Under the pieces are notes generated by a model, which saw nothing but the letters and a program-made list of their open reading frames with translations, was not told where the DNA came from and made no database searches. A DNA stretch of 64,000 nucleotides from Candidatus Krumholzibacteriia bacterium (GTDB taxonomy: Bacteria; Krumholzibacteriota; Krumholzibacteriia; LZORAL124-64-63), in the NCBI GenBank assembly GCA_024762975.1, contig JANTGJ010000003.1:2736-66735 (forward strand), read 5' to 3'. The position numbers and the translations under genes are program-made. This document shows, in pieces, positions 57,386-64,000 of the stretch (positions are counted from its first letter, which is position 1; every line of letters starts with the position of its first letter).

Positions 57386-58489
57386 TCAGCGGTCGGAAAT
57401 CACCTGTCGGTACAGGTCGTCGTGCGCGGCGATACACGCTTCCCAGGAATACCGACTTTCCACCGTTTGGCGCGCTGCCGCCGACAGGGCGCGATTGCGC
57501 TCACCGTCGCTTAACAGGGATCCGACGGCGTCCGCCAGTGCGGCGGCATCGTTTGCCGGAACCAGCAACCCGTTGACGCCATCCTCGATGACCTCGCAGT
57601 TGCCGCCCACGGCGGTCGCCACCGGCGTACAACCGCAGAGCATGTACTCCAACAGCGCGTTCGAGAATCCTTCCGAATCAGAACAGAGCACGGCGATATC
57701 CCACTGCGCCAGCAGATCCGGCACATCGGACCGGCGACCGTGGAATACGATTCTGCCCCCGAGTCCGGCAGCCCGGGCCTGCTCCTCGAGTGCCGGGCGC
57801 AGATGCCCGTCGCCGACGATTTCCCACTGTGTGGCGGGAAAGCGCCGGTGGAGCTCGCCGGCGGCCGCCACGAACAGATCGGTGCGTTTCACGTGCCGGT
57901 TCAGATTGCCCACGATGCCCACGCGCAGGGGCTGCGGCGACGGCTGGCGGTAGGGGAAGCGCGAAATCTCCAGACCGTTGGGAATGACCGTCACCTCGCT
58001 GGGCGGCAGGCCATCCATCTGGCAGAAGTGGTCCTTGACCGCCTCGGAATTGGCCACGAAACCTGTCATGCCGCGGTAGACCCAGCGCAGTGCGATCTCC
58101 TGCTTGCGGGTCCGCCAAAAACCCAGGTCACGAAAGCAGGCCAGTCGCATCGGCACGCCGGCGCTGCGGGAAGCGGCGCCGACCAGCAGGGTCGGGTCCT
58201 GGAAGAAAGTCTGGACTACGTCGAATCGCTTCCGCTTCAGAAGACTCCGCAGACTGCGAAACGCATTCCAGCCGGACGGGGACAAGAGCGTCCGCAGGTC
58301 CAGGAAGTGGTGCGCGCAATCGTCCGGCAGCAGTTCCGGCTCGGTCGGGCGAAACGTACACAGATGCGGCTCGTAGCGGGTGCGGTCCAGCCGGTCGATC
58401 AGCCCCTTGAGCTGCAATTCGGTGCCGCCGCGGGCCAGCGAGTCGATGGCATAGAGAATGCGGATGCGACTCGCCTCAGACATTGCCAT
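57386..58489 (-). CDS. glycosyltransferase family 4
   Basis: Classic motif EGFSNALLEYMLCGCTPVATAVGGNCEVIEDGVNGLLV. Its stop codon abuts the convergent GT4 gene's stop (TGATCA). Confidence 0.8.
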   Translation of the reverse strand: MAMSEASRIRILYAIDSLARGGTELQLKGLIDRLDRTRYEPHLCTFRPTEPELLPDDCAHHFLDLRTLLSPSGWNAFRSLRSLLKRKRFDVVQTFFQDPTLLVGAASRSAGVPMRLACFRDLGFWRTRKQEIALRWVYRGMTGFVANSEAVKDHFCQMDGLPPSEVTVIPNGLEISRFPYRQPSPQPLRVGIVGNLNRHVKRTDLFVAAAGELHRRFPATQWEIVGDGHLRPALEEQARAAGLGGRIVFHGRRSDVPDLLAQWDIAVLCSDSEGFSNALLEYMLCGCTPVATAVGGNCEVIEDGVNGLLVPANDAAALADAVGSLLSDGERNRALSAAARQTVESRYSWEACIAAHDDLYRQVISDR

Positions 58490-59888
58490 CCGATTCGAAG
58501 AGCCGGTAGACCGGAAAGCTGCGCTCCAGGTGGGTTGTGACCGTCAGCGACGCGAAGGCCATGCCACTGACCAGCCACCAGCAGATCAGGTACAGACTGT
58601 GATTGAATACGCCGTTGACCAGCAGCATCACCAGGTAGAGCATGCCTGCCCGGGCCACGGCCCCGGTGAATTCCGCATCACGATAATACCGTCCCAGCAG
58701 AGTCCGGTCCCGGCGGTGGAGTCTCTTGTCGCGGGCGAGGCTCGCCGCTCTCAGTTCCAGTCGATGCAGACGGTTCCGGGCAATGTGGAACGAATAGAAC
58801 AGCGCCCAGACGAAGAATGCGAAGACGGCCAGACCCTGGATGCCCAGGTGCGTGGCGACCTGCAGGTAGAGATTGTGCGTGTACTGCACGCGTCCGAAGC
58901 GTTGCGTTCGTACCACGGTAAAGCAGTCCACACCCACACCGAAGGGATGGTCCAGAAAGATCGCCCAGGCGTCCTGCATGATCAGCAAACGGGATTCACG
59001 AGAGTGTCCCGCGGCCTCTTTTCCGTTGATGCTCTTGAAGCGCCCCTTGTACTGCTCCGGCAGAGTGGTCACCGTGATGGCCGCGGCGATCGCCACGACC
59101 ACGAAGATGCGTCCGCGGTGCCGGGACGAGAGCCACCAGGCGACGACCATCGCGATGGCACCGAGGTAGCCGGCACGTGATCCGGTGTAGATGATGATCG
59201 GCACGATCATCGCACCCATTCCCAGCATGATCAGCCGCAGGATCTTCGAACGGACGACCGGAAAAATGGCCAGCAGGAAGGGGACTCCGGTGACTGCGAT
59301 CAGGCTCAGGCCGTTCGGATGCTTGTACAGGGGCACCGAGCCGTGCAAACGCAGGATGCCCTGATTGTACCACATCATGCCCCCGGTCATCCAACCGCGG
59401 GTGGACTCCTGGTAGACCCAGAACAGCGAGAACAGGAAAACTCCGATAAACCAGCGCAAATGATTCGGTGTGCGCATGAATGCGGCCATGAACAGCGCAA
59501 ACATGGACAGCTTGAATATATAGTTGAAGTACATGGCCCAGGCTTTGGCCGGGAAAACGGCGAACGGAACCTGGGAGAGTTCGATGGCCAGCAGCGAGAA
59601 AATGGCGATGATCAGGATCCTGTGGTAGTCCAGATCCAATTTGAAACTGGCGAGCGAGTAGGCCGCCAGTACCGTCAGAACCAGCCCCGCAATAAACTCG
59701 TGGCGGATCGCACTGAGAAAATCGAGGCGCGCACCGAGATTCGTGAAAACCGACATGGTGTACAGGAGCAGGCCGACGAAGAAGATCGTGGGAGGAACAA
59801 ACCCGCCGTGACCCTTGACCAGGGCGCCCGCACCGGTGTGCGGGCTGCCCAGGGCAGAGGATACGTGCGCGGAGTCGGACGATGCCAA
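58476..59888 (-). CDS. O-antigen ligase / Wzy-like polymerase family membrane protein
   Basis: Multi-pass membrane protein with the Wzy_C-type block ..TGSRAGYLGAIAMVVAWWL.. TTG start after GGAGAA. Overlaps the downstream GT4 start by 14 nt. Confidence 0.65.
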   Translation of the reverse strand: MASSDSAHVSSALGSPHTGAGALVKGHGGFVPPTIFFVGLLLYTMSVFTNLGARLDFLSAIRHEFIAGLVLTVLAAYSLASFKLDLDYHRILIIAIFSLLAIELSQVPFAVFPAKAWAMYFNYIFKLSMFALFMAAFMRTPNHLRWFIGVFLFSLFWVYQESTRGWMTGGMMWYNQGILRLHGSVPLYKHPNGLSLIAVTGVPFLLAIFPVVRSKILRLIMLGMGAMIVPIIIYTGSRAGYLGAIAMVVAWWLSSRHRGRIFVVVAIAAAITVTTLPEQYKGRFKSINGKEAAGHSRESRLLIMQDAWAIFLDHPFGVGVDCFTVVRTQRFGRVQYTHNLYLQVATHLGIQGLAVFAFFVWALFYSFHIARNRLHRLELRAASLARDKRLHRRDRTLLGRYYRDAEFTGAVARAGMLYLVMLLVNGVFNHSLYLICWWLVSGMAFASLTVTTHLERSFPVYRLFESDGNV

Positions 59889-59942
59889 GGCGGTTCTCCA
59901 TCCGGCCCGGAGCCGGTCTTGGGCGCGACCGACGCGCGTGAT

Positions 59943-61178
59943 CTACGGCGACAGGTCGTTGATCTGGGCATTCAACGGCATACCCGGCGAATCTCCGGTG
60001 CCGGCGAAGGTGATCGGGTAACCCGAAGGGTTGGCAACGCCATTCCGGTCGATCACGTAGAGCCATGCCGGTTGGCCAACGGAGAAGTCGCCCTGGTTGA
60101 CGACGAAGCTGACGCTGGTCGTACTCCAGTCCACAGGGTACTGGATCTCACGGTGAGTGCATTGGTCGAAAGTCTCGGCGTTGCCGATTTCAATGCGCGC
60201 GCGAACGGTGTCGGCATAGATCTCATCGAAGTGGTGAATGTACTCGGACTGGCCGTCGTTGCAACCACCGGTGAAATTTTTATGATGCATGATCGTAAAA
60301 CGGCGAACCCAGCGGTGTTGCGCGTCGGGGTTGAAAGTGGCTTCGCCCGTAAAAGCGCCCGTGGCGCGGGCCCACTTCTCGTTGTCGATGCGTGTTTCGG
60401 TCCAGCTGTTGATATTGCCCTCACCCTTGAACTCGTGCTCGGACTCGTACCGGTGCCAGCCGGTGCCGTACATCCACGGCGACGTCGTCGGCTCCTCGGT
60501 TCGGATGGAGCTGGTCTCCTGATCGTTGTAGTCGCGCGGGGACAGCGAAGGATCGATACCCACCTCGCAACCGATGCGATCGGCGCAGGTCGAACGGATC
60601 TTCGGAGGACCAATCGGGTAATTCTCGGGCCAGATCGAGCCGTACCACTGGATGAACTTGTTGCTGGAGGCCGCTGCCAGCGGTCCGCCGTTCAGGGTTG
60701 AATCCGAAGAAGCCCAGAAGCTGAGATAGCCGGTCGTGAAGTCGTAATCCTCGAGGACTCCGTCATCGAACTTCGTGATACGGCAGCCCCACTGGGCTCC
60801 AACGTGGTTCGGGTGGCCCCAGCCCCACATCTGCGTACGAACGGACAGGGAATGCTGGCCGCGGGGGCGCTCGCCGACATAGATCGGGGGCTCGGGGACG
60901 ACCGGACCGGCGGGCAGATTGTCACCCTTGAAGGTGTAGCTGCCCCATCCGTGGATGTCCGTGCTGCCGGCGGTGCCGTCCTCGAAGTCGGACCAGATTA
61001 CCGGTTCGGCGTGGCCCTTGAACCCGAAATGGTTGCCGGTGACCGTCACCGTCGCCTTGTGGTACGGATTGATATCAACATCGCTGATGTCCGGCTGGGC
61101 GGCAACTGGTCCGGTGGCCAGTGCAATCAGTCCGAGCGCCAGGATTGAAATTGTTCTTCGGAACATGGGTACGTCCAT
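59943..61178 (-). CDS. secreted hypothetical protein
   Basis: Signal peptide MDVPMFRRTISILALGLIALATGPVAAQP. 411 aa, Trp/Gly/Asn-rich with a possible beta-rich fold. No motif recognised. Start could be ATG 61178 or 61166. Confidence 0.45.
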   Translation of the reverse strand: MDVPMFRRTISILALGLIALATGPVAAQPDISDVDINPYHKATVTVTGNHFGFKGHAEPVIWSDFEDGTAGSTDIHGWGSYTFKGDNLPAGPVVPEPPIYVGERPRGQHSLSVRTQMWGWGHPNHVGAQWGCRITKFDDGVLEDYDFTTGYLSFWASSDSTLNGGPLAAASSNKFIQWYGSIWPENYPIGPPKIRSTCADRIGCEVGIDPSLSPRDYNDQETSSIRTEEPTTSPWMYGTGWHRYESEHEFKGEGNINSWTETRIDNEKWARATGAFTGEATFNPDAQHRWVRRFTIMHHKNFTGGCNDGQSEYIHHFDEIYADTVRARIEIGNAETFDQCTHREIQYPVDWSTTSVSFVVNQGDFSVGQPAWLYVIDRNGVANPSGYPITFAGTGDSPGMPLNAQINDLSP

Positions 61179-61389
61179 CCTTGGTGGAGGCCTCTTTCAG
61201 CGGATCCCGCCGCTTGGAGGTAAGCAAGATCGAGGCCAGAGGTCAAGCCGGACCTGTTGGCTCTGATGGAAAGCTACGGCGACCGCCTCTTTGCCGCTGG
61301 CGCGTCCGGTCGGGCGCATGTATTATCCCGTGTCGGAATTCGAGTTCCCACGATTGATGAGATCCCATCATGCGAAATGAGCGCGCCGT

Positions 61390-62922
61390 ATGGCAGAATT
61401 GGCGAAGGAATCCAAGCTTCTTGCCAAGCATTCGACAATCTACGCAGTTGGCGGTTTTCTGCAACGTATCACCGCCTTTCTATTGCTGCCTCTCTATACG
61501 CGCTATCTGACTCCTTTTGACTACGGTGTTCAGGAACTGATCGCCCTTTCCACGGATGTCGTAGCGCTGATCGTCGCGACGGGTGTGGCCACGGCCCTGC
61601 TGCGGGTCTATTTCGGCTATGACGCCGAGAAGGATCGCGTCGAAGTGCTCAGTACCGCGTTGTCCTCGTTGGGCGTGGTCGGCCTGATCGTGTTGGGACT
61701 GATGTTCGTTTTCGCCAAACCATTCGCGGGGCTGGTACTGGACGACACTTCGTTGTACCGACTGTTCTGGATCTCCTTCACGACACTCTGGTTCGCGATG
61801 GTGAACAACATCACTTCGACCTACCTGCGGGCTAAACAGCAATCATTCAAGCTGATGGTCATGGCGATGGTCCGACTGTTGCTGGGCGTGGGGTCCAGCG
61901 TCTATCTGGTCGTCGTTCTGAAGATGGGGGTCGCCGGAATCCTTCTTTCCGGCCTGTTCGTTGCCATCGTGAACTTTTGCGTCCTGTCGATACCGCTGTT
62001 GCGCGAAGTCGGCCTGCGCATTCACGTCGACAAGTTGAAGAACATGCTCGAGTTCGGTTTGCCGCTGGTTCCCGCCGAATTGAGCCGCATGATCGTCAAC
62101 CTTTCGGACCGGTATTTCATTCGTGGGTTCATGTCGGTCGCCGATGCGGGGCTGTACTCGCTGGGCTATCGTTTCAGTGTCCTGCCCAGCTGGGTCATCG
62201 GCCAGCCCTTCGCCAATACGTGGCAACCACGCCGATTGGAAATCTACAAGCAGGAAAATGCGGGCTATATCTTCAGCCGCGTGTTTACCTATTTCCTGAC
62301 GCTGATTCTTTTCGGGTGCCTGGGCATCGCGGTCCTGACGCAGGATACGCTCATGCTGCTGGTGGACTCGCGCTACTGGACAGCGGGATCGGTGGTGCCG
62401 GTGCTCGTGCTGGCCAATTTGCTGTTCTCGTTGCCGGAGCATTTCCAGCTGGGATTGCTGATCGCCCGCAAGACGAAGTACCTGGCCTGGATCAACATCT
62501 GGAACGCGTTGATCGTACTGCTCTGCAACTGGTTCCTGATCCGTGAATACGGTCTCTACGGTGCCGCCTGGGCCACGGTCATTGCCTTCGCCTTCAAGTG
62601 TGTCGCCACCTATATCTACGGGCAGCGCTTCTTCTATGTGGCCTACGAGAAGGGGCGCATTCTGAAGTTGGTCCTGGTAACGGCGTTGGTTTATGGTTTC
62701 AGCTATCTGATCCGCGTCGACAGCATCGTGCTGCGATTGGTCTTGAAGCTGGCCTGGGTGCTCAGTTTCCCGTTTTTGTTGCTGTCGATCCGCTTTTTCA
62801 GCGCCGGCGAAATGCAGAAGGGCCGCACATTCTTGAACAAGACGAAGAACAAATTGCTGCGGCGGGAGGCTTCGGTCCCGCAGGGGGAGCAGCAGTCCAC
62901 CGAATCAACGAATGGGGAGTAA
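61390..62922 (+). CDS. Wzx-type polysaccharide flippase (MOP superfamily)
   Basis: N-terminus LLAKHSTIYAVGGFLQRITAFLLLPLYTRYLTPFDYG is the typical Wzx/oligosaccharide-flippase start. About 14 TM. 510 aa. Confidence 0.75.
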   Translation: MAELAKESKLLAKHSTIYAVGGFLQRITAFLLLPLYTRYLTPFDYGVQELIALSTDVVALIVATGVATALLRVYFGYDAEKDRVEVLSTALSSLGVVGLIVLGLMFVFAKPFAGLVLDDTSLYRLFWISFTTLWFAMVNNITSTYLRAKQQSFKLMVMAMVRLLLGVGSSVYLVVVLKMGVAGILLSGLFVAIVNFCVLSIPLLREVGLRIHVDKLKNMLEFGLPLVPAELSRMIVNLSDRYFIRGFMSVADAGLYSLGYRFSVLPSWVIGQPFANTWQPRRLEIYKQENAGYIFSRVFTYFLTLILFGCLGIAVLTQDTLMLLVDSRYWTAGSVVPVLVLANLLFSLPEHFQLGLLIARKTKYLAWINIWNALIVLLCNWFLIREYGLYGAAWATVIAFAFKCVATYIYGQRFFYVAYEKGRILKLVLVTALVYGFSYLIRVDSIVLRLVLKLAWVLSFPFLLLSIRFFSAGEMQKGRTFLNKTKNKLLRREASVPQGEQQSTESTNGE

Positions 62923-63625
62923 GGTGTTCGGTACCAATGAAAGCACTCGCACCGTCCTGACCGGCACCGCCGCAGCCTTTGCGCTGTGGGTGCTGCTGGT
63001 TTTCTTCCACTATTTTCTGCCCGGGGTCTATGGCTGGTTGGCCTCCGAGGACAAGCTGGGTGAGAATCTGACGGCACTCTTCTACGCCATTTGCGGCGTG
63101 CTGGTGCTGTGGTCGATGGGGCTGCGCCTCAAGCGGGGCGAAACCACGTTTGCACACGAGATTTTCCCTTTCCTGGTCGGCCTGTTCTGCATTTTCGTTG
63201 GAGGCGAGGAAATCAGCTGGGGGCAGCGCCTGTTCCACATCGCCACGCCCGAGACCATCGCCCAGAACAATGTTCAGGGTGAGTTGACGCTGCACAACAT
63301 GGCCTGGTTCGACCGGCACGCGGGGAAGTTGAACCAGCATACGATCCTGAACCTGATCGCGTTGTCCTTCGGTGTCCTCGTGCCCGTGGGCTATGCGTTG
63401 ATCGGGTGGGCTCGCCGCCTGGCCGATTTCTTCAATTTTCCGGTCATGGGCCTTTCGTGCGTGGGCTGGTTCTTCTTCGGCCTGCTGCACGGCCAGACCG
63501 TGGCCAAGATCGACCCGCACTGGGCGCACACCGAGAACAAGGAGCTCGTCCTCTCGATCGGATTCCTGTGCTTCGGGATCGGTTACTTCCGGCGTACGCG
63601 CGCTGGACGCAAACTCGTGGGGTAG
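62912..63625 (+). CDS. hypothetical integral membrane protein
   Basis: 237 aa, about 6 TM, with a conserved-looking GGEEISWGQR block. Overlaps the Wzx stop by 11 nt. Family not recognised. Confidence 0.45.
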   Translation: MGSKVFGTNESTRTVLTGTAAAFALWVLLVFFHYFLPGVYGWLASEDKLGENLTALFYAICGVLVLWSMGLRLKRGETTFAHEIFPFLVGLFCIFVGGEEISWGQRLFHIATPETIAQNNVQGELTLHNMAWFDRHAGKLNQHTILNLIALSFGVLVPVGYALIGWARRLADFFNFPVMGLSCVGWFFFGLLHGQTVAKIDPHWAHTENKELVLSIGFLCFGIGYFRRTRAGRKLVG

Positions 63626-63632
63626 GACTCGA

Positions 63633-64000
63633 TCAGGCTTCGGCCGGCGGTGGTGCGTCGGCCGGAGCTTCCTGTGTCTCCGTCTCAGCTGCCGCTTTTT
63701 TCTTCTCGGCCTGTTCGGCCAACTTGTCCCGGTGCCCCATCACGCGGGCCGGATTGCCCATCAGGATCACCCAGTCCGGGTACTTCTTGGCGCCGACGAC
63801 CGAATTGGCCGAGACGATGCAACCCTTGCCCATTTGTGCGCCGGGCATTACGAAAACATTCGACCCGAACCAGCAATCCGGACCGATGGAGATGGGGCCG
63901 GGGGTGTTGCCCTGCTCGCGGATGGGAATATCGATGCGCTCGGTGGTATGCGATTGAGTCCAGACCATCACGTTGGGGGCGAACATGACGTCGTCGCCCA
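63633..64000 (-). CDS. hexapeptide-repeat (left-handed beta-helix) acetyltransferase, C-terminal part (gene starts beyond window end)
   Basis: Repeats IGPDCWFGSNVFVMPGAQMGKGCIVSANSVVGAKKYPDWVILMGNPARV are typical of maltose/galactoside O-acetyltransferase-like LbH enzymes. The frame stays open through position 64000 upstream of the listed Met. Ala/Glu-rich C-terminal tail. Confidence 0.7.
   Translation of the reverse strand, partial: GDDVMFAPNVMVWTQSHTTERIDIPIREQGNTPGPISIGPDCWFGSNVFVMPGAQMGKGCIVSANSVVGAKKYPDWVILMGNPARVMGHRDKLAEQAEKKKAAAETETQEAPADAPPPAEA

Noticed and set aside
1-64000. Search for CRISPR arrays, rRNA or tRNA genes, and IS or integrase elements
   Set aside because: No regularly spaced direct repeats, no rRNA-like conserved stretches, no convincing tRNA cloverleaf, and no transposase or integrase-like ORFs were seen. 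The window looks like core chromosome plus a glycan locus.

Overview
This is a GC-rich, gene-dense bacterial chromosomal segment; any ORF-rich stretch of it yields long spurious ORFs on both strands. Coding regions were chosen by protein-level motif recognition, start-site context (Shine-Dalgarno-like GGAG/AGGAGG motifs are common) and hairpin/T-tract terminators. The window holds a housekeeping block: radA-ispD, a 2Fe-2S ferredoxin, arginine deiminase, an aceE-aceF-lpdA pyruvate dehydrogenase operon, and aroA-tyrS with an ATGA overlap. It also holds a signalling and envelope block: a HAMP-PP2C phosphatase, an HDOD protein, a TlpA-like thioredoxin, an OmpA protein with thrombospondin type-3 repeats, a TonB-dependent receptor, and MFS and MATE transporters. 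At least four secreted proteins carry a conserved ~80-aa C-terminal domain (NPFNP...GxYxYRL) resembling T9SS / FlgD-Ig-like sorting tails, including an S8 protease and a ~1500-aa beta-helix protein. No T9SS machinery genes lie in the window. This suggests an FCB-group / Gemmatimonadota-like lineage, which is inference only. From about 47 kb to the window end runs a ~17 kb surface-polysaccharide locus: a pyruvyltransferase, three GT4 glycosyltransferases, a CapA-like protein, three paralogous CapK/PaaK-like adenylate-forming enzymes, Wzy/O-antigen-ligase-like and Wzx-like proteins, and a hexapeptide acetyltransferase. The most unusual element is a stand-alone 47-aa basic protein gene at 41036..41179 (minus strand). 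It has a perfect sigma70 consensus promoter (TTGACG-N17-TATAAT), a perfect GGAGG Shine-Dalgarno and its own intrinsic terminator, and sits just downstream of a PF14907-type nucleotidyltransferase and an ABC exporter. Other candidates are two tandem paralogous secreted proteins sharing a C-terminal W-G-x-V-K-A-x-Y tail, a divergent pair of SGNH-like paralogs, and a diheme cytochrome c lipoprotein. All family assignments are from motif recognition by eye; no database searches were run.
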